A DNA stretch of 39,642 nucleotides from Candidatus Dojkabacteria bacterium. Lineage in GTDB: Bacteria > Patescibacteriota > Dojkabacteria > J137. Within the stretch, counting starts at the first letter, position 1. Each line of letters opens with the position of its first letter. The notes under the pieces are model-generated. The model was not told where the DNA came from and made no database searches. It saw nothing but the letters and a program-made list of their open reading frames with translations. Position numbers and translations under genes: made by a program. The DNA is taken from NCBI GenBank assembly GCA_020429495.1, contig JAGQLJ010000002.1, forward strand, positions 1-39,642, given 5' to 3'. This document shows, one piece after another, positions 1 through 9,300 of this stretch.

Positions 1-310
1 AAAAATTTTTTGCATTTTCTGTATTAAATTCCTTACACGAGTATACATCGATACTTGCAAATCCTCTTTTTGCAAAAGTATGTATACTAATATGTGACTC
101 TGCTATAACAATAAACCCAGTTATTCCTCCGGGGTCTTTACCTCCTTGTTCTTCGTTACTAGCAGCTTTAAAAGTGTAAGGAGGTATCAGTGCTTTCATA
201 TCTAATATTTCAACTGCCTCTCTTAGAGAGTTATGACATTCTTCTAAACTATTAAGCTTATCAAAATCACATCCATATAAATCAATTGTTAGATGAAAAC
301 CGAATTGCAT
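1..310 (-). CDS. speH: S-adenosylmethionine decarboxylase proenzyme (pyruvoyl-dependent, bacterial/archaeal class 1), N-terminal ~103 codons; C-terminus lies beyond the window start
   Basis: Not in the ORF track because there is no stop inside the window. The reverse complement from 310 reads ATG then MQFGFHLTIDLYGCDFDKLNSLEECHNSLREAVEILDMKALIPPYTFKAASNEEQGGKDPGGITGFIVIAESHISIHTFAKRGFASIDVYSCKEF... The block GITGFIVIAESHISIHTF matches the self-processing Glu-Ser pyruvoyl motif of small AdoMetDCs (compare ..VVISESHLTIHTWPE.. in Thermotoga/Bacillus enzymes). The N-terminal G.HL..DLYGCD also fits. Confidence 0.7.
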   Translation of the reverse strand, partial: MQFGFHLTIDLYGCDFDKLNSLEECHNSLREAVEILDMKALIPPYTFKAASNEEQGGKDPGGITGFIVIAESHISIHTFAKRGFASIDVYSCKEFNTENAKNF

Positions 311-432
311 ATTATGTTAAATAACTAATAAATTTCAGTATATCATGATACTACTGTCAATACTATTTGACAACGATATGCTCCTGTTGATAAGAAATAT
401 GACAAAGCATTTAATTAAGGTGTCAAAATTAA

Positions 433-462
433 TTAACATAAATCTAAATAAAGAGGTATAAT
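433..462 (+). promoter_or_regulatory. candidate sigma70-type promoter for 468..1931 (-35 TTAACA 433-438, 18-nt spacer, -10 TATAAT 457-462)
   Basis: Hexamers read directly. The -10 ends 5 nt before the ATG at 468, which would give a leaderless or near-leaderless mRNA. The AT-rich background makes chance matches likely. Confidence 0.3.
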
Positions 463-467
463 TATTA

Positions 468-1931
468 ATGGATAAACAAATAGATAGGCAGGATACAATT
501 GAAAGTTATGAAAGAAGGGTTCAAGAACTGAATGTGCAGATTGATCAACTTGATGCTACTATAGAAAATATAAAGGTTTTAGAAGAGAAGCTTGAAAGAG
601 CGAGTAAATCAGTTGTCGATCGTATTCTATGCGAGTACTCACTAAAAGGTAAAGCAAAAGAACCATTAATACTTTATGACCTATCTCAGCCCCATCTGAA
701 GGGTACGCTAACTTTAGCACCTACTGCAAAATTGGTTAATATTGATAAGGGAAGCATACTTGAACATGGGAGTTCTGATGAGATTGGAAGATTAATGGCA
801 ATGCTTGGTGAAGAGGAAATGAGGAGATATTCAACTTGGGTTGATGAACTAAAAGATAACCCAGATTTAATAAAAGAATACCAGAAAAAAGGTAAATGGT
901 ACGATGCTCCATCAGCAGCTATAGGTTGGTTATCTGATTATGTTACATCAACTGGAAGTGCTGCATCAAGAATGTCTTTGATGACGCTTGACAAAAGAAT
1001 AATTGGCGCATCTGCGCATCTTGGTGGTGAAAATTATCAGCAAACAGTACAGATTATAAGTGATAATATACGTAAGTACCTATATTTAAGTAGTGGTACT
1101 GATCCATGGTTAGCTAAGCAATATGAAGCAAGTATTGCTACAATTGAATCAAACTTGTTAAGAAATCTACATGCTTTAGACAATACCTCTACTGCATATA
1201 TTGCTCAGTTATTCTTTAGTCCAGATAGAGCTTTCCCAATCCTAGAATCAAGCGATAATACAACAAGACTATGGAATGCGTTCTCTTCCAAAGAGGTTAA
1301 TGAATCTAAGATATTTCACGAAGATCCTATAATAGATTCGTATATTAGAAATTTATTAAATTCTCTTCCTGATAAAGACACTAATAATTTAAATACTAAA
1401 GATCAGCAATATTATTTATATAGGCTACTCTTTACTTTAAATATTACAGTTCCAATTTTAGAACTAAAACAACAACAAAAGTCACTAGGTAGAGGAGAAG
1501 ACCTACAAATCGCAACATGGACACAGACAGGTATTGCTAATGATAAAATGGCACAAATTTTCGATTTATTTTTCCTACTGCAGAAATTAGGTAACGATAT
1601 TCATGATAAAGAGACAGCTGATACAAAAAAATATTTGTATTTATATTCTATTCGAAAAGGTATATTAAATCTTAACCCACTACCAGGATGGCTAAAGGAC
1701 CAGTTTAGGATTTTTGGTGAGTGTTTAAGTAATGTGTATAGATCAAATGTTATTGATGAATCTTATTCAGTAAAACTAGCTGATGGGACTTCAAAACACC
1801 CTGGTGTGTATGTCATTTCTTTCGATGCACAAAGACTCTTAGATTTATTTGGAGATGTTAAAAGATCCGCTGCATTGCTTAGTTTCAATCCTAAGTATTG
1901 GAAAATCATGATCTCGTCGCAAGAGCAATAG
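468..1931 (+). CDS. hypothetical protein, 487 aa, N-terminal coiled coil, no motif recognised
   Basis: Long ORF in the track. The N-terminus (ERRVQELNVQIDQLDATIENIKVLEEKLERASK) is heptad-like. The stop TAG at 1929-1931 is followed 1 nt later by the ATG of the next gene, suggesting translational coupling. Confidence 0.6.
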   Translation: MDKQIDRQDTIESYERRVQELNVQIDQLDATIENIKVLEEKLERASKSVVDRILCEYSLKGKAKEPLILYDLSQPHLKGTLTLAPTAKLVNIDKGSILEHGSSDEIGRLMAMLGEEEMRRYSTWVDELKDNPDLIKEYQKKGKWYDAPSAAIGWLSDYVTSTGSAASRMSLMTLDKRIIGASAHLGGENYQQTVQIISDNIRKYLYLSSGTDPWLAKQYEASIATIESNLLRNLHALDNTSTAYIAQLFFSPDRAFPILESSDNTTRLWNAFSSKEVNESKIFHEDPIIDSYIRNLLNSLPDKDTNNLNTKDQQYYLYRLLFTLNITVPILELKQQQKSLGRGEDLQIATWTQTGIANDKMAQIFDLFFLLQKLGNDIHDKETADTKKYLYLYSIRKGILNLNPLPGWLKDQFRIFGECLSNVYRSNVIDESYSVKLADGTSKHPGVYVISFDAQRLLDLFGDVKRSAALLSFNPKYWKIMISSQEQ

Positions 1932-1932
1932 G

Positions 1933-2898
1933 ATGAAGAAGTTAATAGAGTACATATCAAATATTGCTAAATTTGAGAGTGCTTTGTTTCAGAATAATTT
2001 CTCTGCGCAATCTTATCTTCACACATATTATCCTGATAAATTCGATATAAACGAATACTTGAACACATCTAAAATTTTATATAATTTATTTTCGAAAAGT
2101 AATTCTCTAATTGAAATTAACTCCATAAAAGAAGAGACGAATCTTAGAGAAGAAGAAATTGAAAATATAGCCATACTAAACTTTTTAGAAAAGGTAGTTA
2201 TTTATCTTCTTGGTAAAAATAAGAATAACTTTCTAGTTTTGGATGTAGGAGGTGGACCCACTATCTATCAACATATTTTTAACTCTCTTATAGCTAAATG
2301 TATTATTCATACTGATTTTTTAGAGGAAAATAGAGCAGAAGTGATTAAATGGAGAGATACAACTGAAGGCTCATACAGTTGGCTTAGTTATATTGATCTA
2401 GTAAAAAAAATAATGGAAAGCAGTAATGACATTAACTTAAAAAACTATTCAAAAAATATTGATACTACGTCTCTAAGGTCGAGATTAAAAAGAAAGTTAA
2501 AGTTTATTAAATTTGGTGATGTATTTGATTTTAATTTGGGACTTGATGAAGCTACTATTAACTATATCAAAAAGAATAAAGGGGTTGATCTGCTGACCTC
2601 AAATTTTACAGTTGAATCAGCAACTTCAAGTACTAAAAGGTGGGTAGAAGGTATGATTAACATAATAAATTTTGTAAAAGTAGATGGATATATCTCAATA
2701 TCAGCAATAAGTAACGCTTATTGGTATCAAGTTGGTACAAAAAAATTGCCTGCAGCGGCAATAACTTTAAAAGATTTAACTCAATTTCTAAAAAAACATA
2801 ATTTTGAAATAATTTTTCACTATAATCTCCATGGCAGCGAAAAGGAAAAAGTAGGATATGACGGCATGTTATTTGTCTTCGCTAGAAAAGTAAAGTGA
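1933..2898 (+). CDS. SAM-dependent methyltransferase of the NNMT/PNMT/TEMT family (animal-type small-molecule N-methyltransferase fold)
   Basis: FSAQSYLHTYY resembles NNMT FNPRDYLEKYY. LVLDVGGGPTIYQHIFNSLIAKCIIHTDFLEENRAEVIKW resembles [40 protein letters not shown]. The C-terminal DGMLFVFARK resembles EGLFSLVARK. Collinear similarity over the whole length to human NNMT as I remember it. Confidence 0.7.
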   Translation: MKKLIEYISNIAKFESALFQNNFSAQSYLHTYYPDKFDINEYLNTSKILYNLFSKSNSLIEINSIKEETNLREEEIENIAILNFLEKVVIYLLGKNKNNFLVLDVGGGPTIYQHIFNSLIAKCIIHTDFLEENRAEVIKWRDTTEGSYSWLSYIDLVKKIMESSNDINLKNYSKNIDTTSLRSRLKRKLKFIKFGDVFDFNLGLDEATINYIKKNKGVDLLTSNFTVESATSSTKRWVEGMINIINFVKVDGYISISAISNAYWYQVGTKKLPAAAITLKDLTQFLKKHNFEIIFHYNLHGSEKEKVGYDGMLFVFARKVK

Positions 2899-2952
2899 TG
2901 AGGTAGAAATCTTTAGGCTATTGCTATAACATTAGTTAGTTTTATCATACCA

Positions 2953-5601
2953 TTGACTTTAGCTAACGTAATATACATTATAATTTTGCTGGTTAGTTTT
3001 TTTACTGCTACTTATGTTCTTCTGGCTAGTAAAAAAGTCGTAAGCATAATATTTGTTTTACTTACTTACACACTAGGTTTTTGGGTATTTACAAACTTTT
3101 TACTAGATAATATTCAAGACAACAATTTAGGGCTAATAATAATTCGGTTATCTGTGTTGGGGCCGATATTAATTGGACCTTTATTTTTCAATTTCGCTAT
3201 GCTTTTCCCGTCTATTCAGCAGGGCTATAAGCATAAGTATATATATTTAACACTTTTAAGTACTATATTTTTTATACCCTTTATACCTACCAAGTATAAT
3301 ATTTCGTATATAAACATTACCGAAGAAGAAGGTGTAGATTTTGGTCTAGGTCAGATGTATTGGATCTTTATAATATATTTGTGTGTATTTGTATTGCTTG
3401 CAATATACTTCTTAATAAAGAAATATAGAAAATCTATTGGAATAGAAAAGCTGCAGCTTAGCCTTTTTGGAATCAGTTTTTTTACAACATTCATACTTGC
3501 TATTGTATTTGCATTATTGATTCCCCAGCTTGGATATCCTGAACTTGGAGTAATAGGCCCTTTAAGTTCTGTCATTTTTATTGGTGTTACAGCCTACACC
3601 CTAATCCGACACGGCTTATTTGATATTAGATTAATTTTAGGAAAGATCACTTATTTCACGCTTTCTGCATTTATTCTATACATATCGTTTTACATATTTG
3701 TATCGTTAGATATATTTGTATTTAATGGAATATACTCACCAGAATCTCTATTTATAGGCATATTTTTTGCCTATCTATTTGTACTTATTTACGATAACTA
3801 TAACGAATTTATTAAGGAAAAAGTTGAATCTAGTATTATTAATCCAGGTTACAATCCAAACGAGGTTATTAGGCAGTTAAATCATTCAATTAATACTCAA
3901 CTTGAGTATATTCCTAATATCGAATCAATTATTTCCGCTATCTCGCAGACTATCAGGCCATTATCAAAGTGGATTATTGTTAGTAAAGGTACAGAGATAG
4001 AGAGATTTGGTCCAAAAGAAATTGAGTTAAAAAAAGATCAGATCAATCATTTATTTGAGCTATTTCAATCAATTGAAACAGATACTTTTGTAAAAGATGA
4101 GTATCTTAATGAAGCAAGTAGGAATATTAGTCCTATTAAGAATGTGATAAATGAAATATTAGGCATGATTGAAAATTTAGATATCTCAGTTATACTTGGG
4201 ATAAAGAATCAGAATGCAGAAACGATAGCACTACTAATTCTTGGACATAAAGATGGTTATGTTCCATATTCACTTACAGAAGTAAGATTTTTAAGAACAT
4301 TAGCAGATATGCTTTCTGTATCTCTAACAAGATCATTCTTATTCGAAGAAGTGAAGCAATTTAATGCAACACTTCAAAAGAAAGTTGATGACGCAACTGC
4401 AGAGCTGGCACAAAGAAACGATCAGCTTGGAGAACAGCTAAGAAAAGAGCGAGACATGATGGATATTCTTGGACATGAGCTTAGAACTCCTTTGGGTACT
4501 GCACGTAATGCACTTGTTATGATTGACTCTCTTCAAAAGAAAGGTGCAATTGATGAAAAGAAATTTGATAAATACTTCACAATATCTCTAAGGAACATTA
4601 GAAGAGAAAAAGACCTACTTGAAACAATTTTACAATCTGCAAGGTTAGAAAACAGTAGAATTCAGATTAATCTAGAGAAAGTTGCAGTACAAGATGTTAT
4701 TGATGATTCAATGACAGCATTTCAAGAACAGGCTGAGCAGAAGGGTCTAGAGCTAACTGCTAAAGTTGAAGTTCCGAATGCATATATTAATGTTGATAGA
4801 ACTGCAATACAGCAAATTATGGATAATCTTGTAAGTAATGCTGTAAAGTACACGTATAAAGGCTATGTACACGTAACAGTAACAGAGGAAGAAGGTGGAT
4901 TTATTAGATTTAAAGTAGAAGATACTGGTGAAGGAATTAGCGAAGAAGACTTAAAGAATATTGGTAAGAAATTCTTTAGGGCCAATACACATTTGGATTC
5001 TGCAGGAAAGATTGGGGACAGAAAAATTGTGCGTCCAGGAGGAACAGGAATTGGGGTATACGTAATAATGGGATTACTAAAAGAGTTTGGAAGCAAGCTA
5101 GAGATTCAAAGTGAATTTGGCAAAGGGAGTACATTCAGCTTTAAACTTAAAAAGCTTGATATGAACCAGCTAAGTAAAAAAATAGAGATCAAAAGAGAGA
5201 CTGTAGCGCCAGATATACTAAAACAAAAAGAAGCAGAGAGAAAAGCTCAGCAAGATAAAAAGATGGAAGAAATTAGAGCAAATGTACAAAAGAATAAAGA
5301 GCAAACATCTGAAGATCCTAAACCTGTTGTAGCTAAGCCAGAAGTTACACCACAAAACCAACCTGCACTAGCCGAAGTGCCTGCTCCAGCTCCAGAGCAA
5401 GTAGAAGCTCAGAATGCTAGTGAACTACAAAAAATAGAGAATAAAGAGGCTAGTAGTCCTGTTGTATCAGAAACTGCTCCACAAAATCCTGCTCCAACAG
5501 AACAGCAGGCAGAGATGGCTCCAACACAGGCAACTCCTGTTGCAACTCCAGAGCAACAAGTGGGTGAAGAGAAGAAGAGTGGGTTGAATACAACGCTGTA
5601 A
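2953..5601 (+). CDS. membrane-bound sensor histidine kinase with a long low-complexity C-terminal tail
   Basis: About 8 N-terminal hydrophobic segments, then a central sensor-like region. H-box ILGHELRTPLG at about nt 4470-4500. N-box MDNLVSNAVKYT. G-boxes EDTGEGIS and GGTGIGVYV. TTG start as in the track (no nearby in-frame ATG). The last ~150 aa are P/Q/A/E-rich. Confidence 0.85.
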   Translation: MTLANVIYIIILLVSFFTATYVLLASKKVVSIIFVLLTYTLGFWVFTNFLLDNIQDNNLGLIIIRLSVLGPILIGPLFFNFAMLFPSIQQGYKHKYIYLTLLSTIFFIPFIPTKYNISYINITEEEGVDFGLGQMYWIFIIYLCVFVLLAIYFLIKKYRKSIGIEKLQLSLFGISFFTTFILAIVFALLIPQLGYPELGVIGPLSSVIFIGVTAYTLIRHGLFDIRLILGKITYFTLSAFILYISFYIFVSLDIFVFNGIYSPESLFIGIFFAYLFVLIYDNYNEFIKEKVESSIINPGYNPNEVIRQLNHSINTQLEYIPNIESIISAISQTIRPLSKWIIVSKGTEIERFGPKEIELKKDQINHLFELFQSIETDTFVKDEYLNEASRNISPIKNVINEILGMIENLDISVILGIKNQNAETIALLILGHKDGYVPYSLTEVRFLRTLADMLSVSLTRSFLFEEVKQFNATLQKKVDDATAELAQRNDQLGEQLRKERDMMDILGHELRTPLGTARNALVMIDSLQKKGAIDEKKFDKYFTISLRNIRREKDLLETILQSARLENSRIQINLEKVAVQDVIDDSMTAFQEQAEQKGLELTAKVEVPNAYINVDRTAIQQIMDNLVSNAVKYTYKGYVHVTVTEEEGGFIRFKVEDTGEGISEEDLKNIGKKFFRANTHLDSAGKIGDRKIVRPGGTGIGVYVIMGLLKEFGSKLEIQSEFGKGSTFSFKLKKLDMNQLSKKIEIKRETVAPDILKQKEAERKAQQDKKMEEIRANVQKNKEQTSEDPKPVVAKPEVTPQNQPALAEVPAPAPEQVEAQNASELQKIENKEASSPVVSETAPQNPAPTEQQAEMAPTQATPVATPEQQVGEEKKSGLNTTL

Positions 5602-5607
5602 GCTAAA

Positions 5608-5630
5608 AACATTGTATTGCAATACAAATT
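5608..5630. promoter_or_regulatory. 23-bp motif AACATTGTATTGCAATACAAATT containing a perfect 16-bp palindrome TTGTATTGCAATACAA (5612-5627); copy 1 of 2
   Basis: Read directly. It sits exactly between the convergent stops at 5599-5601 (+) and 5631-5633 (-). A second copy with one central mismatch lies at 11938-11960. It could be an operator, a weak bidirectional terminator or a module boundary. Confidence 0.5.
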
Positions 5631-6290
5631 CTATTTGATCTTATCTAAAAAACTATTCTTCATTTGGTCGTATACAGCTGTATCAATACTTGTTTTGATA
5701 CATTCTTTATATGAATCTGCAGAATTTGGGTCTATGCAACTATTAAATTTACCTTTATCAATAATTTTTGCATCTATTGACATTTTAACTTCAAAATATT
5801 CAGAATCATTTACTGAGATATATGAAAAACTAGGATGAATATCACTATAGTCAAAAATTGGTGATTGTAAATCAAATACTCCTAAAGCAAGCTTACTATC
5901 TGCATGAATTGCTTCTGATTTAATTTCTATTGTAATACCTGCTCCACAAGAATATGCAAACAGATTGAAGTTATCAACGGGATAGTGAGTATTTATATCT
6001 TTTAAATATTCTTCAATATTATTAGAATAGTCAGTTTTGTCTACTTGATTTTTATCTACAGTTGTAAGTGATAAATTAATTTTGGAATTATTATAAAATT
6101 TTGTTCCTGAATTGACAGTACACTCTCCTCCAACATATTCTAAGGAGTTTTTATTTATTATGCTTGTAGATGAAATAGCCTCATGTCTTGTATTGTGACT
6201 TGTGCAAAGTAAATAACCAATGATAACTACTATAACAAATATTACTATAAAAATTGTTTGACTAATCTTTAGTTTATAATTATTTTTCAT
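5631..6290 (-). CDS. hypothetical N-terminally anchored exported protein (219 aa)
   Basis: The track ORF 5631..6425 overlaps the 3' end of the upstream giant gene. The in-frame ATG at 6290 gives MKNNYKLKISQTIFIVIFVIVVIIGYLLC..., a signal anchor. It lies 10 nt downstream of the giant gene's stop (6301-6303). No motif recognised. Confidence 0.6.
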   Translation of the reverse strand: MKNNYKLKISQTIFIVIFVIVVIIGYLLCTSHNTRHEAISSTSIINKNSLEYVGGECTVNSGTKFYNNSKINLSLTTVDKNQVDKTDYSNNIEEYLKDINTHYPVDNFNLFAYSCGAGITIEIKSEAIHADSKLALGVFDLQSPIFDYSDIHPSFSYISVNDSEYFEVKMSIDAKIIDKGKFNSCIDPNSADSYKECIKTSIDTAVYDQMKNSFLDKIK

Positions 6291-6300
6291 ACGATTGTTA

Positions 6301-9300
6301 TTAAAATTTAATAAATGAGCTTGGCCATCTCCAGTCACCCGGAGATAGTATTCTTGTACCAAATGCATGCGTATTTGGCCACCCATTATATTCACTAATA
6401 AGAATATCTCCATTTGAAAATACATATTCTACAAATGCAACATGCCCCACTGGTCCTGTGTATACACTTCCCGTTACTGGATTTGATATACTTCCTTCAA
6501 ATACAGCAACAGTATTTTTTTCAGGAAAACTTTGTACGGTAAATCCTATATACCGTGCATTATCGTCCCATGTATTAGCATTCCCAAATTTACCAGTTAA
6601 ACCATTAGGTCCTTTCATACTATTGCTAAAAAAATAGTATTCAATACTTTGTCCAGGATTAGTAGTTCCTTTTAATTCGTTAACCTTCCAAGCAGCATAT
6701 GAAGTGCATTGTTTTATTATAAAATTCCAATAATCTGCACTAGACGTATCTGCAAGGCTACTAGGGTATGTATTGATCAGATTTAAATCGATACATACAC
6801 CATTATCCATTCTTTCAAATTCATTGCAACTAAGTACCTGACAAGATTTACTATCGTTACTCCATATTTGATCACTTGTGCAAATACTTTCTCCACATAT
6901 CCATCTTGTTTCAAAATCCTGGCATAATCGACCACTATTTTCATCTAAGTGAACACCACCAATTGGAAACCCCCATTTACTTCTTGTGCCTTTTTGTCCA
7001 TTTTCATCTCCCCACTTTTCATATTGTTCAAAGATATTTCCATAAACTGCCCAAGTAGATTTGAACTTGTTATTATGATAAATTCCTCCACGCTCATACA
7101 TTTGGTATGTACCTTTTGTTCCTTGAGGAGATTTTGCCGCATTATTTGGATATTGCATAGTAGGTATACCAAGTAGGTCACATTCACTTGTTCCTTCTAA
7201 ATCATCATAAAATGCAGCTCTGTAGTAATCCTTTTGTAAAATATATACAAAATCATTTAATTTTGAACTGAAGTAAATATCTCCAATAAATTCACCACTT
7301 ACTTTATGAACCTCATATTTTTCAATTCCACAATAGTTCGATGGGTTTGAATATCTATGATCGGTATCATTTAAGATCTTTTGAGTGATGGCATAACGCG
7401 CATAGTTGAAATCAGGTATAGCATAAAAGGCTATATGCTCGTAGGTCCAAGTAGTTGGCCATTTCTGCTGTACGTATTCTTTTTCACTATCACTAATAGT
7501 ATAGAAGTGGTTAGCATATGGATTACTCCAAAAACGATGGACATTAGCTGTATATGGTTCAAGATTTGGATAAGCATAGAACGCAACCTTTTCATATTTC
7601 CAATCTCCTTTTTTACCTGCAAGAACTATATTTTTTTCACCTTCACTCATTGTATAAAAGTGTGCGCTAAGTGAATCACTCCAAAATCTATAAACGGGTA
7701 ATGTTCCTTTCGGTGGTGTCTCACTCTCAATAGGCTCGTATGCATAAAATGCTACACGTTCATATTGCCAGTGGGATGACATATAGTTAATTACGTCATT
7801 CTTTTCATCTTCAAATATTGTATAAAAGTGTCCATTATATATTGGACTCCAGAATCTATAAACAGGTTTCAATTTACTCCATACTATTGGATTTATTTCT
7901 GAGTTTCCATACCCAAAATCCCCTAACTCACTTAATCCTAAAATTACAGGACTATCAATCTCACCATACTGGAAAAGTAATTCTGGATCTATTGGATAAG
8001 CTGAACCATCTGAATTTAATCTATGAGTTTCAAAGTGTAGGTGACAACCTTTTGGCTCATACTCGCTATCTTCGTTTCCCCTAACGTAACCCGTGTTTCC
8101 ACTTGTACCAATTGCTTGACCTTGAGCTACATTTTGACCTGGAACAACATAAACCTGGTCTAAATGCCAATATCTTGTTTGAAATTTATATACCTCTCCA
8201 GTTTCTGGATCAGGGTTAGATTGGTGCTCAATAATTACGTAATTAGCAGGAGTTTCTGGAGTACTATTGTTTCCAATAGCAATTCCATCTGTAGATGTGT
8301 ATAAAACAATACCGCTTGCAGCTGCGTATAGCTCACTCCCACAATATAGTCCATAGTCAATTCCTGTATGGTATGTTCCGTCTCTTCCACCAAAATCGCT
8401 TGTTATGTCTATATCATAATAATCTCCATTTGGATCGGTTCCTGGATCATCATAGGGTCTTACAAATTCAACATAGTCTATCCAGTTATAAACTTGTCCA
8501 TCTTTAGTTATGCATATGAATGAATCAGGTACGTAGCCACTTCTTCCATCAAGCGTTAAAACTTGTAACCAACCATCTCCTTTAGTACTTGGCAATTCTT
8601 CAAGAATATATATTTCTTGATTTAAGTTTAAATATTCAATTATATTACTATCCCAACTTGGATTCGTTCGCATTTCAGTTCTTCTTGCATCACAAACAAA
8701 TGCTTTTTCTCTGTATGTATCATTTGTTAATAAGTTTGGTAGAGTAGTGCTTAAATCTTTTTCGCAGTTTAAATTCTCAATATTTACCCAACCAACTGTA
8801 TTTGGTTTAAATAAAACCTGAGCGTAATCGTTATTATAGTTAAACGCATAAACTGCTGAATTTTTTGCATGAACTACTAACGTATCAGCACCTGGTGCAA
8901 TTAATAAATCAGATTCAGATTTAAGTGTACAAACTACTGGTGCATATTCTCCCCAACCAAAATCATCGTTATTAGTATAGTCTCCTAAAACATTTCCAAA
9001 ATCATCATCTGCTAATATATCTTTTATCTCTAAATTAATTTTGTAAGTTTGAACTCCCTGTGTTGCAAACCAAGTTACACCTTCATGTACAGCATCTAAT
9101 TCTAAAATATATTTTCCAGGCTTGTCTGGTGTAAGTACATTAAGCCTTACGTCATTATAAATAGAATTACTTTGCACCATTGTTGAAAGATGAGCTCTAT
9201 TTCCATTCCAAACATAATAGCTTCCTGTATCTACATTAAACCAATGGTAAGAAAGGTTTGTTGGATTTGCAATTGTGCCTTCTGGATACCAAGGTATTGT

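Noticed and set aside
6291-6425. N-terminal 45-codon extension of the 5631 ORF given by the track (start at 6425)
   Set aside because: It overlaps the CHAP-domain C-terminus of the upstream gene in another frame. The internal ATG at 6290 yields a proper signal anchor directly after the upstream stop.
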